A stretch of 60,858 bases of DNA, filler included, from Sphacelaria rigidula (lineage: Eukaryota), in NCBI GenBank assembly GCA_964200075.2. It is 7 parts of 7 records of this genome, joined end to end, with 100 filler letters (N's around TTAATTAATTAA, not from the genome) between each part and the next. Parts side by side here need not be neighbours in the genome. Positions count along the whole stretch, not along the records: positions 26,132 to 34,738 come from CAXNAA020010612.1; positions 34,839 to 43,445 come from CAXNAA020010613.1; 5 more parts are not named here. One strand, written 5' to 3'. The notes beneath the pieces are model-generated. The model did not search any database. It saw only the letters and a program-made list of their open reading frames with translations, and was not told the DNA's origin. This document shows, piece after piece, positions 26,132 through 38,372 of this stretch. Position 1 is the stretch's first letter, and the number at the start of each line of letters is the position of its first letter. The translations under genes and the position numbers were made by a program.

Positions 26132-27147
26132 AAAGCGACTGATCAAAGCCACTCTCAATCGTATCATCTACTCTCAATCTCACGAAAACACTGTTTTATG
26201 AGGTCGACACATCTCCGGCTGTAAATCCGCGTGATTTTTTCCTCCTCGCCAGCACTACCACAGTAGCACTACTGCAGTAGTGCTAGGTCTGGACGAAATA
26301 AGGTCTCCAGTTCTACCGGAAACTAAACATCCGCGATAAAAGTATCGCAGCTGGATGCGAACTGGGCTCCTCGTTCATTGTTCATTGGAAGAACCTCCCC
26401 CCCAGGGGGGGGGGGGGGCTGAAACAGCCAGCGCTAACTGAGCTGTCTAGTGGGTACTCTCTTTTTCCGACTAAAGAAAGTACCGAGACCTCTGTTGTGG
26501 TGCCCGCTGTGTTTCTTCACGGATACGCTGTGTTTGAAAGAAATGAAAACCTCGCTGTGATTAGTACAGGCCCAGGGCTCTTGCGGTAGGTACTGGTGAG
26601 GGACGAGAAGTACCTCGGAGTCGCAACCGGAGAATTCGCAAACTGAAACCTACTTGTGGGAATCATTCGCAAAACTACCCAAACCACTCGAGCAGCGCTG
26701 ATTGAGTGAGTGGTTCATCTAGTGGGGAGTACCTTATAGATTGTAAGCTGCACTATTATGTACCTGATTGATGGTACACTAAGCCGTGGGGACTGTGGGC
26801 TCGACCGGGATCTTATTGTCGCTTAATTTAGCTGGAGCCTGGAACGGCCATCGGTGTTGCATCACTTGTTACTCGGCTGCACGCTGTGCAAATTGTGTTT
26901 TGGTGGTGCGGATACCGACCGTGTTTCCCGCATGCGCATCGGTACCTACGAGTAGAACTTGATCACACGAAGGGATCAGCCCCGTGTCTACCCTGTACAA
27001 GTAGTCGTCCCGCTGGCGCTTAAGTTGATCCCGGGTGCACGACACCCCGGCCGCGACTTCTAAAAATATTGTCCGAAACCGAAGTCCATCCTCGTGCCTG
27101 GATTCTCCGGTGTTGCCGTCTCTGGCGATTGACCTTCAAATGAGCAG

Positions 27148-27202
27148 GTCTGTGCAGGTTTCTGCGAAGATTACGACTACTTTGGTACTGGATACGGGAG
27201 AG
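27148..27202 (+). CDS. WSC gene short exon (55 nt)
   Basis: cag|VCAGFCEDYDYFGTGYGR-G|gtgagc. Confidence 0.85.
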
Positions 27203-28575
27203 GTGAGCGATCGACCCAATGGTAACAAAAGTTTGAAAAAGGCGTGATCAGTGTGTAGACTCGTCCAGTTTGTGATGTTTTGCATAGCTGTACAGAGAAA
27301 TCCTTGGTGAGCATCGCCCGATTCCGTTGGTGATCCTGTTCCATTAGTGTTCCTGCAAAGTACGCCGCCCACATCTCTGACCGAAGTCCTCTGCCTTCTC
27401 CCCTTTTGACTAATACTGCCCCGGCCACACTGGCTGAATGGAAAGGATGCCACTGTGGCGATGAGCCGCTGACCGAAAGCGCCGACAACTGCGACACACC
27501 CTGTAGTGGGAACAGCGCCGTGGCCTGTGGTGGGGATGGTTCGCTGTCAGTTTTCATGTTCGATGCCCCCGTGACTCCTGCACCAGCGCTGGGCATCGAC
27601 GAAGCTGATGGCGCCACGTTCCTTGGTTGCTTTGAGGACAATGGGAGGCATCGCGTTCTTGATGCTAGAATGAAATCCAACGAAAACCACATGGACGCAG
27701 AGGTGAGCACCATTTATTCGGTCGACTGAAAGTCATGATCCAGGGAAACTCGCTTGGGGAGCACATTCTACTGAGTAATATTTCATGCACCCTGTCTCGA
27801 CAAAATAGAGGGAGGCGTCAGTGCCATCATACGTTTTGCTGCATAAGAGAAGTGTCATGCTCTATTACGCGTGCTGTGTAACTCATCGACAGCTATCGCC
27901 ATATCGTGACAGCATGGCATGTGCTCTATATGGCTCCCTTCCGTTCCTTCTTTATGACGGTATGACATGGAACAGCACTGCTTCGACTTCTGCAGCGACT
28001 TCAAGTTCTTCGGTACCGAATCCTCTGAAGGTGAGAGATAGATATCACAAGTAACTGGGGGGTTTGTTCATTCGCGAGAAATGATGCAGGCACTGCATAG
28101 GACATTGATGCTTTCGCAGCGGAGCTCCATCTCTGGGCTGTCAAGAACCGCTGAATTGAATTAATTTGCGTTTGATAGGAAACATATTTTGCGGGTCGTT
28201 CGTGCGCGTTGTGCCGACACTCATTCGCACTTGTTAATCAAACTAAGGAAATAATGCTGCTCATCTGGCTGCAACACCCGCGCCGAGAGTTCAACACCGT
28301 CTTGACCCCTTGGCAAAAGAGTGATTCCTCTATGTACCCGATTAGGGCCTCTAAAGGATCCTAAAAATATATATCTCGATGCACCCTGAAGAGGTCCTGG
28401 TAAACTCGCAAGCCTCAAATCTCGGACGGTACCCCGAAAAGATTCCCTGGTGAGAACGGGACCTTATGAGGGACCATCAAGACTGCCGGGTAAAATGCTA
28501 GCTGCTGTTGTTGAAACGTACCGCGAAAAACTGATGGCAATCGGCTGTCGAAACGTGTGCAGTACACACACACAC

Positions 28576-28608
<33 letters not shown>

Positions 28609-31600
28609 TGTATGTATGTATGTATGTATGGGATGGATTGACGTAATAATCGGTGAATCGCATCTTTGTCATCGCAGAAATGATTAATTCCAGGGCACTG
28701 AGAAAAACATAAACTCAAAGGGCGTCAAGGATCACGAAACGGCTGACCGGTGAAAGGGTTTTAAAATTATACTTGAGTACTGTTTTGTTTTATACACACA
28801 TGTGTATATGTTGTGAGGCTGCGATCACCAGTCGGAGCGCAGGAATGAGGGGTGCGTTTGGCATACGTGGGGAGTATGTTCCCCTGAAGAGGCACAGCAT
28901 CCCATCTTGCTCTGCGAATCATATCTTCGGGTATCTCGGGTATCTCCGGCGTCGTGCAAATAATACGTTTTTCGTGCCTTGTCCCGGAAATCATCAGAAT
29001 GCTTCTGCGGTGATTACGAGCCTACGAAGCTCGCCACCAACTGCGACGCAGCCTGCTCGGGCAATGAAGCCGTTATATGCGGGGGTCATAATGCTATCAG
29101 CGTCTTTAGCAACGACGCCCTTGCCGGTACGACCCCGGAAAGGCCCACGCGGCCCACGCTTGGCGAAGACTCGGTGGCGGGCGCCAAACCTCTCGGTTGC
29201 TTCGAAGACGACAGATTTGATCGTGTTCTTGACGCGAAAATGGAAGTAGACGACGATGAGATGGATGCGGAGGTAGGTATTCCGTCTTTCGTAAAATTAT
29301 CCACGAATGCGTAGTTACATCCGTGCTCATCCGTTCTCCCTTTTTTCTGGCACGCCAGTCGACAAGCCGGGGCCCCCTGGCGGTGAATCTTGGGCACCGC
29401 GTACGTTGACGATATCTCTGGCCATACACAAGCGCGCGCGGAAGTTTGATTGACCGGAGTCTGTTGCTGTAAGCTGTAGTAACACGCTGTCCTGTTGCGG
29501 GGGTAGGAACTAGGACCATCATTTTATCTCTGCATCATTTGGCAACTTTGAAACGAAAAAAAAGCTCTGGTTAAAAGTGATTCTTCCCGCTCTTCCGTCG
29601 GTCATCATCGATCACGACGAACGCTTGACACCAAAATATGGGACTTGAAATATTTAAAAATACTACCAGAAATAAATTCCGGACGTAAGATCATATCCAT
29701 CTCGAATTTTGAGCGACTTGCGGGCCCAACGGTCGTCGGCGGTTCCAAATGTACACAGCGCCAGGTTCTGATCCTTACCTATCTTCCTTCAGTTCAGCCA
29801 CTCCCGACCGTTGTGGTAAGATAGTATCCAGGCTCAGTGCTTGCGATGTTTTGCTTTGTACTGCGCTACAGCCGATAAACAATGTTTTCGGCACTCCCAC
29901 GGGTGCAAACACCGCCTACACAACGGCATTTTCATCTACACTACCACGGCACGAGTTGATAAATACTCCGCATCAGCGCCCTATTTCTAGTCCTCACGTC
30001 TACTGATGGTTCTAGGCTTTAGGTGGATGTCAAGAACAGTCGGCGAAACGTTCCTCATCAAGTGTTTCTTTTTTCTCGTTTGAACGCTGACCATGTATGC
30101 ATGCCATAAGTTCAAACGCAACTCCCGCTGTGTGCTCCCGATGATTGTGTACCGCTCGAATCAGTTATGTTCCAACATCTGCCGCGGCTACAGGTACTTC
30201 GGTACCGAAACTTCTGCACGTGAGTGATAGCTCTCACGGCGACATGGTCACATGCTCCACGGGGTATATAGATGTGTCACCATGAACAGGGTGTGTTTTG
30301 TTGTCGTATTCATCCAGTGTATATCGCCATCCCGCGTTAGGTTGTCGCAACAACTGTTGCTCTGTTCAGCAGGCGAGCACTGAGGCAATCAGTCAGCGAG
30401 CGCTGATGGACGGATACCTCAAAACGTATTTCGACATCCTGCCAAAACTTATTCCGGCGCCCTGGCGCTCGACTTACTCCACGGTTGCTGCCTCAATATT
30501 CAGCGATGCTCCCAGTCCTAGCCCAAGAACCTTCACGGGTTCATTTAAACTTTTCTTGATGGGGCTCTATACTGTGACATGTATCCGTCGATCGGAATGT
30601 TTTTTTCGCGTTAAGAACTGGTGACGAACGATCATCGGGGCATTCAAATCCCGGGATGAGCTATTGTTCGGATGTCGTAAAAATCACTGCGCTCCTCAGT
30701 TCGCAAGAAGAAGGTTTTCCAGCTATCCTTTGTTGGACGCCCAAAGAATTAACGCCTTGCTTATTCAAGGACGCTTCGGCCCAAAGCCTCCACAGCTGGG
30801 AAAACGTAATAGTCTAAACGCTTAGTGTGCAGATAGTCGCCATCGTAGAAACACTTTATTGATGTGCGTCTGGAGCAAGATCCGTAGTGTGCGAATCTTT
30901 GCGTATGATCCGAGTATGCCTCCTACTAAACTTCCCCCCCCCCCCCCCCCCCACCCACACCGCCCCCATCCCACCCCCCCCCCCNNNNNNNNNNATTATT
31001 CGTTGTTTTTTAATCTTTTTTTTTTTTCCGATTTTTCCTCCTTCTATACTTCCCCCCCCCCCCCCAAATCACGTATACCCTTGTTCTGGCACTCACCAGA
31101 GTGTTTCTGCGGCGACATCGCTCCTACCGACCTGGCCGACAATTGCGACTACCCTTGCGCGGGAAACGAAGAGGTGGCTTGTGGTGGTTGGAACGCCATT
31201 AGTGTGTTCAAGAGGGCTCGAGGTCGGGGCCGTCACGATGGTCGTAATGACGACCTGAAGTCTCTGGGCTGCTTGGAGGACTCGCGGGCTAACCGCATCA
31301 TGAGTCGAGGACCCATAGAGAGAGATAACATGACCCCCGAGGTACGGGAAATTTAAAGGTTATGCTGTTTCGGCATCATGCTTTACTAGGTACAGTGCGT
31401 TGAACGTTTTGGGATGTGCATCGTTCAGGCTGCAATTTCACGCCTGTGCGCCCATCACTGCGGCTCTGAAGCTCGCGGAGAGATAGACGGAGTCTGTGTT
31501 GCTTCCGTTTTCATTGTTTCGAGAACCCGGCCAGCATTCGTCCTCGTACACCGCGCGACGAGCTTTGCGTTATGTGAAAGTCTGCATCCCATTTATCTGT

Positions 31601-33604
31601 CGACGTACTCAGGTGTGTCTGGACATCTGCTCCGATGATGACGACGGCGGTCGCCGCGGACGAAGGGCCGAGTACTTCGGAGTCCAGTTCGCAAACGAGT
31701 GAGAAGCAAACGCTACTTGTGTACAGTCAATTGCGAATGGTTCTTTCGTCCCCGCTACGTTTGGTAAAACACAACCTATGTGTGTCTATGTTGTGCGCCA
31801 AAAGGAAACGACAAGATGAAGAAAACGAGTGCACTAGAACAAAATATTTACCTGTTGCGCTGAGTAGATTCAACGGGACGGTTTCTTGTTGACCCAGACG
31901 ACGGTATATCATGAAATCACATGCGAGATCGCACATAGGTGCACAACGGCGAGAAGGACGAAATTCCACTCCAACTACATATGTATATATATTTCCACAC
32001 ATAGTGCATCGCGCCCCTCGACAATCTGCGGACCGTTCTTTCTATCCAGGCAGCTCTGTTCCCCTCGTGCAAACGTACAGGTGCACTCTGAGCGAAGCAA
32101 CGCTCTCTAAACGCGGCCAGTCTGTAGTCCGGCCATCACGCGTTCCTCTCTGCTAATACACACACGGTAGCACCACGCGACGTCTCTGAGGGTCGTTTTT
32201 GGCGTCGGTTATTTTTGCACAAGAAGATGTCATTTCTGGGGAAATGGAAGGGCGAATTCCGGAAGGCGGCTTACACATGGTGGAGGGTTGGTCCGTTATC
32301 GAACAAACACGCAAACCGTATACCCCCGGTCTGATCGAAAGATATCTAGGCTCGTGTCCCCTAGCCCCGGGGTGATGCCGCTTTGTTGCGATTCTGATAA
32401 TGACACCTGAGCCTTGCTCAAACGCCACCTTGCTCACTACCCTAGACGTCCTAGTGCATTGGATTACCACTCGCCGCCAAGGTAAATGAAAGAGAGAGCA
32501 GCTAACGAGATTCGTCAAGCTACCAACAACTCGAGGTTGAGCTGATTATTCAATCGATAGACACGAATACGTACAGCGGAGAGATTACAAGGATACAAGG
32601 TATATGAACGTGTCTGACAGATGCCGTGCGGGGCCGCCAAAACCAAAACGCCCTCAAGGAACTTGTATTATTACCACAGTGGTTTCTGTCCTGCACAACA
32701 TCTCGGGAAAAAAAAGGCTTGTAAAAAGACTTCAATTTACACAGTAGCAAATTTCAAGCACGGGGGAAGGGGCTTACCATATGGCTCACAGAGATTGACT
32801 ACTTGGGCTTCGGTACCACCCCTTGGCCCCTTGTTATTAAGTCAGGGCTGAAGTCACCGCCGCGTCAACTCGATCATAACAACAGTGTGCCTCAGCTCTG
32901 CCTCCCTGCTCCCAGCCACGTCACGGCCCGTGTACGTTACTCTTTTTTTTCAATCTGGAGAAGAGTAAAATCATTCTCAGAGTTTCTCCGAAACCAGATA
33001 GTATGGTACATCGCTGAAGGTCAGACAATAATATTGTGAAAAGTCGTACCCGCTCAACATGCGGCGTAATGCTTGATTTCTTTGTTTGGTTTAGCGCCCC
33101 CCCGGTCCCAACACTCCGTCTCGAAAGGGATGCGTGGTCAATGGTCAAATGACTAAGGCAAGCAACAAATGAGTACGCCCCCCCGGTCCCAACACGCGGC
33201 CACTATCATCCTGCAGCAGGTTTTGGGAGAGTGTGGTATTCGCAGGAGGCGCGGAAGAAGCAGCGTGCTTTGTTTTTGCGTGCTAGACTTCCGTAAAATG
33301 CCCGACTTTCTGAACGTTTGCACGTGCATTCCCGCTGGTAGCAAGGTGCACATATCTGGGAGTTTGGGCTCTTTGTGTCCACTGTCGTTCTGCTTACCCC
33401 TCTTGCTGGCCAAACTCCTGTCGCCACAGTGGCCCTAACATGCTCTGACCACGTGTTGGGTTCCTCAGATGCTTCTGCACGAATAACGACGACTTCTTCG
33501 GGGAAGCGATCGTCTCCGACAGCTGCGACATGGAGTGCGATGGTGACAGCTCCATAATCTGCGGAGGCGTCGACGCGATGAATGTCTACGCTATCCCCGA
33601 GTAG
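27148..33604 (+). CDS. Multi-WSC-domain protein gene, 5'-partial; exons 27148-27202, 27446-27702, 27976-28030, 28998-29272, 30165-30219, 31100-31341, 31613-31698, 33469-33604; 4 WSC domains (first partial)
   Basis: All introns are GT-AG with matching phases and splice into one ORF ending TAG at 33602-33604. Repeated WSC pattern LGCFED..RVL..M..E.C...C..Y.YFG.....C.CG....CD..C.G....CGG....SVF. Confidence 0.92.
27446..27702 (+). CDS. WSC gene long exon
   Basis: CHCGDEPLTESADNCDTPCSGNSAVACGG...FLGCFEDNGRHRVLDARMKSNENHMDAE|gtgag. Confidence 0.9.
27976..28030 (+). CDS. WSC gene short exon (55 nt)
   Basis: cag|HCFDFCSDFKFFGTESSE-G|gtgaga. Confidence 0.88.
28578..28630. repeat. (TATG)n microsatellite in WSC intron
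   Basis: Directly visible. Confidence 0.95.
28998..29272 (+). CDS. WSC gene long exon
   Basis: CFCGDYEPTKLATNCDAACSGNEAVICGG...LGCFEDDRFDRVLDAKMEVDDDEMDAE|gtag. Confidence 0.9.
30165..30219 (+). CDS. WSC gene short exon (55 nt)
   Basis: cag|LCSNICRGYRYFGTETSA-C|gtgagt. Confidence 0.88.
31100..31341 (+). CDS. WSC gene long exon
   Basis: CFCGDIAPTDLADNCDYPCAGNEEVACGGWNAISVF...LGCLEDSRANRIMSRGPIERDNMTPE|gtac. Confidence 0.9.
31613..31698 (+). CDS. WSC gene short exon (86 nt, phase 0-2)
   Basis: cag|VCLDICSDDDDGGRRGRRAEYFGVQFAN-GA|gtgaga. Confidence 0.88.
33115..33175 (+). mobile_element. 61-bp 3' stub of the RTEX-like LINE with a perfect 20-bp TSD
   Basis: CGCCCCCCCGGTCCCAACAC at 33095-33114 and 33176-33195 flanks TCCGTCTCGAAAGGGATGCGTGGTCAATGG...CAAATGAGTA. 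Confidence 0.9.
33469..33604 (+). CDS. WSC gene terminal exon
   Basis: cag|A-CFCTNNDDFFGEAIVSDSCDMECDGDSSIICGGVDAMNVYAIPE*. Confidence 0.9.
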
Positions 33605-33970
33605 ATGATGCCCTTGATCATGGCTGAAGATCAGAGGTTTATGTACATCTCTCTCGTGTCGGCAGAAATGACTGTACTTTTACGGTGACTGTGTTACAGA
33701 TTTCATTGTCGAGCATTGCCTAGTTGGATGAAACGCGCAAAATGTTTTTCTTTGTTTTCTTGAACATTGTACTTCTACTTGGATCGGGAAAGTTTACTTC
33801 GGGATATGACTGAGCAATGGAGCTCTCATCCCAGTAATGTAACTAGGTATATGTTTTGTATAGGGTACATTGCTGTGTGAGCCGCCTTTGCATCAAGGCA
33901 ACATGTGCGCGCAGAATCCCAGTGTGGCTTTTTCACGGGTGGTATTGTGACACTAACATGTGCAGGAGTG

Positions 33971-34332
33971 CCGCGCCCCGGTGGTGTAATGGTTCGACTG
34001 TCGCCATTAGGATGGAGAGAACGGGGGTTCGATCCCCGATGCGTTGGGTTTTTCTTCGTAACGTATGATTTCCACAGTGGAAAGCGTGAGAACGTGAGTA
34101 AACGAAGTAGTCGACTAGGTTTGTGGGACGTGAGTTGACGCGGTGCGGGAGTGCTGACCTGATCCGCGAGACCAAAATGCAAGGCGCGTGCCTGGGGAGA
34201 GATGAGTCGATCCCTTGAGATCACGGACTCATCCCGAGGAAGGGGAGGGGTTAAAAGTGCGAGGGAAAAAAAGGGAAAAGAAAAAAGGAGTAGGTGCTGT
34301 GAAGTCAGTGGTTCGAACGACGGACATAGCAC
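33971..34332 (+). mobile_element. tRNA-derived SINE family A
   Basis: A box TGGTGTAATGG and B box GGTTCGATCCC; near-identical second copy at 34601. Confidence 0.75.
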
Positions 34333-34600
34333 ACGCTTTGTAGAAGGGGGTACTTGTAATCAGCATGGGAAATAGAGGCGAGTGGTGTGTGGAACATACA
34401 CACCTCGCAGATAAAGCATTTCGGCAACTTTGAATGACGGTACATTCAACGGAAATATATGGGAGACACGACATTTTTGTGCAACCTTCACTTGGGCTAT
34501 CAATATACACCTAGGATATCCATCTAGGACGTTCACCTGTCACACCCATCCGGGATATAGGATCTTCATGTGGGACATGGGATTCCCATTTGGTATGCCA

Positions 34601-34738
34601 CCGCGCCCCGGTGGTGTAATGGTTCGTCTGTCGCCATTAGGATGGAGAGAACGGGGGTTCGATTCCCGATGCGTTGGGTTTTTCTTCGTAATGCATGATT
34701 TCCACAGTGGAAAGCGTGAGAACGTGAGTAAACGAAGT
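34601..34738 (+). mobile_element. tRNA-derived SINE family A, second copy truncated by the contig end
   Basis: Near identical to 33971-34108. Confidence 0.75.
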
Positions 34739-34838
34739 NNNNNNNNNNNNNNNNNNNNNNNNNNNNNNNNNNNNNNNNNNNNTTAATTAATTAANNNNNN
34801 NNNNNNNNNNNNNNNNNNNNNNNNNNNNNNNNNNNNNN
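34739..34838. other. Artificial contig spacer
   Basis: N44-TTAATTAATTAA-N44. Confidence 0.98.
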
Positions 34839-36227
34839 TGTGGTCCCCCCCCGCTTTGCTTTTTTTTTGGGGGGGGGGGGGGGGGGGTCGGTCATAGCAT
34901 GAACGGGGTAAGTCATCGCCTCGCCATGGCCGCACTATGCCGAGACCTCGCACGATGCTCATATAGCGTAATTACTTGATCGGTATAGCGGATCGGAGGT
35001 CGTGACAAAGTGGCTTTACCCGCACTTAAATGGGACCCTGTACTTCTAGGTGATCGCACTGTGCTGGGACCCAGAAGGTCCTCATATGTACCACCGCATG
35101 CTGGCGGTCGAGCTGGTTGCATCAACCCTCATTCGGTGGGGCGGTGGGGATCGAACTCCGTAAAGCACTTGTCGTGAAAACACTGGATTACTTGATTCTA
35201 GATTGAGGCACCGATACTTGGATCTTTAGTGAGCGGGGGGCTGACAGCCTGCTCCGACGAGTGCTCCTAGCTTTTTGCCTAGAACGCGTTTTTGGTCCAC
35301 ATCAGGACCACAGGCCATCGATATGACGCCTACCAACGCACGCTTATGCGCAGAGCACCTTTTGCACCCCCCTAGCCCGAGGGTTATCACGTTGGGGGTA
35401 AGGGTTAGGGTTTTAGGTTAGTTTCGAAGTCGTAATTTTCCGAGAACCTTCTGACAACCATTTTTACCACAAACGCATGAGCAGGAGGACTCATCCCGTT
35501 GCCTGGAAATGTGAGACGGTGGGCTGCAAAAAGAACATTCGAAGACGAGAGGAGGTCGAACGACGGACGGCGGGACTGCACGCTGATCATCCGACTGCTC
35601 GACGATAGCGTGCAACCCCAGCAGCACGAGGAGAGGGATGGGCTGATCCCGTGATCCCTCCAACCGTTGACACTGGCGTCCTCGTTCCGAATGACGGAGG
35701 GAGGGTAGTTACACGCGAGTTCCTCGAAACGTAGGGGGAGGAGAACGGGCAAGAAGAAACATACGCACGGCCGAGACGGCTCTGAACAGACCTTCCGTCT
35801 CCGTGAAGGTTACTTACTGTCCAACCGGATTGTGCGACGAAACGTAACGAACGCACCTTTCAAACAGGGAAAATCTTGAGTGATAAACCGATTGTACTCG
35901 GTAAAGGACCAACCAGCAAAAGTCAATACCGCCGGGAACACCCTGCTACTACACATGCCACCTCGCGGGATTCGAACATACGCAGGGTATCGACACGCAA
36001 CGATTCCCTGCGCTGCACTTTACCCTATCCTAACCACGTTCGAAACCATCTCTGGATTCATATATATATATGCCTGTACATGAATCATTTCGTCTATCAT
36101 CGTCACGCGTATTTTTTTTCTTGTTATCGATTTTGCAGCAGCTTCAGTGTACTACGTTGGCGTGCTTTTTGGGATCGAAACGATGACGGTGGTGATACTG
36201 TAGTGGTAGTGGAGGTGGTGACTGACG

Positions 36228-37012
36228 GTGTGTGTTGCCATCCCATCTATTCTGGGCGCCAGTCTACACCTTCCGGTATTTGTGGGTGCATAGTTATACG
36301 TGGGTCTAGAATAAATTTCGCAGAAATCCAGTTGTAACCGACTTTGATTGGCCTTTCACCCCTAAACTCAAGTCATCTCAATATTTTGCCACACACACGG
36401 GACACTTTCTACGATAGTCCCCCCCCAAAAAAACCAGCCTAAAAGTGTCACGAAAAAAATGGTCATACAGCGCCTGATGTTTGAGTTCAGGCTGCATGAA
36501 GCGCCTCATGTGGGCAACACTGGCGAAAACGAACCCAAGCGTGGGAATTCCCACCTGCTCGTTGTGCTCGCCTTTTCCCATTTTCATTTACGTGAAGATT
36601 TCGCCTCCCCAAACCAGGCACTTTTTTTTTTGGGGGGGGGGTTATCGTAGAAAGTGTCACAGGTTCAGCCTTCCAAAGAATGTTACCATTACAAAATCAG
36701 CCTGCTCAAGCTTACATCAACCCGTTTCGGGTATTAAACAAAAGACTGTATCATGTCAATTAAAACTCGTTTAAACTTCGCCTAAATCTCTTTTTGGATC
36801 AATCTTGCCTTTAACTTAAGGTCACTTGCCCATGATACCAAAAGGTGCATCAGCCGGGGTCACACAAGAGGAAGGCCAACACAGGTGTTTTTTGTTTGAT
36901 TATGTACTTTTCATTTTGTTCTAGTACTCCACCTTCCCTCCACGGTACTTGCCTCGCGTTTTATCGTGAGAGGGGTTTAGCAGTCCCTTTCCCTCGTCAA
37001 CCGTGAAGTCGA
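36228..37012 (-). mobile_element. SINE family B copy split by a 552-bp insertion (36292-36843, TSD GGTGCAT)
   Basis: 36228-36291 and 36851-37012 are colinear with 53225-53430; GGTGCAT occurs at 36285 and 36844. Confidence 0.7.
36401..36658. mobile_element. 258-bp MITE; rearranged copies at 38410-38970
   Basis: Perfect 16-bp TIR GACACTTTCTACGATA / TATCGTAGAAAGTGTC. Confidence 0.8.
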
Positions 37013-37022
37013 TCGTGGGGGG

Positions 37023-37088
37023 CGTACTCATTTATTGCTTGCCTTAGTCGTTTGATCATTGACCATGCATCCCTTTCGAGACGGAGCA
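37023..37088 (-). mobile_element. 3' stub of the RTEX-like LINE at a G-run
   Basis: GGGGGG-CGTACTCATTTATTGCTTGCCTTAGTCG...GAGACGGAGCA; degenerate flanks CGATCGTGGGG / CGACGGTGGGG. Confidence 0.8.
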
Positions 37089-37425
37089 CGACGGTGGGGT
37101 GAGATATATGTTGTCTTCACATCAAAAACCGTTCCGATAGCTGCGAGGTGCTCCGTTTTGGGCATCTAATGCGGACGCCTTCCGTGGTCACATATCGACA
37201 ATTGAAATTTGTTCAATTTTATGAGACAATGTTGTTAATTATTCTGCATCAGATCACTCAGATTATTTACCCCAACACACGCAAGTCGGAGTCTCATTTA
37301 ATAGCACCTACTTCGGTGCTCGCATGTATATTTACGCCCGCAGCCCCGATCAGTAGAACAACCTCACGGTACAGGTACACCCTCGTGGCACTCGCAAATA
37401 TATATATATATATATGCATCTTTCA

Positions 37426-37757
37426 GCCGGTCGCCCCGGTGGCTCAATTGATAAGCTCAAAACCTTCTGACGGCTGGGTCGTGGGTTCGATATCGGAGCG
37501 ATCTGGGATTTTCTTTCACACAATGCCCAACGGTGGAGAGCGACTTTGTCGTGGGTACACAAGATCCAACGCACTGGTCGACGAGGGAAAGGGATTGCTG
37601 AGCCCCTCTCGCGATAAAAAAGAAAGGCAGGCTGCGCAGAAAAGGAGGCGGAGAACGAAAAAAATCGGTGTTGGCCTTCCTCTCCTGCTGGTGCGCCCAC
37701 ATATACCAAAAAGAGCGGCGCGTCCAGAGTGAATGGGTCGACAACACACACATATAT
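37426..37757 (+). mobile_element. tRNA-derived SINE family B (full length, CA/TA-rich tail)
   Basis: A box TGGCTCAATTG and B box GGGTTCGAT; homologous copies at 38005-38372, 53210-53579, 36228-37012 and 23050-23236. Confidence 0.8.
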
Positions 37758-38004
37758 AAGCAACACCAGTACAGCTAGCTGCCTCTGCAACCGTTTGCCT
37801 ACCCAGCAATCTAGCTAGTGTATGTGGCGGGCACGCAGCGTTGGCATGGATAATGACAATTTCGAATTCGACAAAGGGTGTCTGTGGTGGAGTAACCGAA
37901 ATCATCGTTGAAACAGCGCTGGGAAGAAGTATGGGAGAACAACTGAGAGTTTTCGGCAGTCAATACCCTTTGAGTACCCTGTGTGTATGTGTATGAACGT
38001 GCGT

Positions 38005-38372
38005 TGTCATCCCATTTTTTTTGCACACCATATTACACCTTTCGGTATATGTGCGCGCATCAGCCAGGATTCACACAGCAGGAGGGAGGTCGACACAGGA
38101 TTTTCACCTCTAGTTTAATATATATGCTCGTTTCATTACACAACCTTCCTTGTGCGGTGCTTGCCTCTCTCTTCGTTGCAAAAAGGGTTCAGCGGTCCCT
38201 TTCCCTCGTCAACCATGAAGTCGAACTTAGTGTACCCACGACGTGGTCGCTATCCACTGTTGGGCATGATGCGAGAAAAAGTTGCAGATCGCGTGACCTC
38301 ACCGAGATCTGAACCCGCGTCTTAACCGTCGAGAAGGTTTCGAGGTTACCAACTGAGCCGCCGGGGCGACCG
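38005..38372 (-). mobile_element. SINE family B copy
   Basis: Ends ...GGTTACCAACTGAGCCGCCGGGGCGACCG, the reverse complement of the tRNA-like head. Confidence 0.8.

Noticed and set aside
33971-34045. Possible tRNA genes (also 37430 and 46200)
   Set aside because: A/B boxes are present but no clean cloverleaf or acceptor stem; each continues into a dispersed repeat body, so treated as SINE heads.
35395-35422. TTAGGG-like telomeric motifs (also ACCCTAACC at ~50500, 51025 and 56535)
   Set aside because: Only 1-2 degenerate units, internal to contigs; not telomere arrays.
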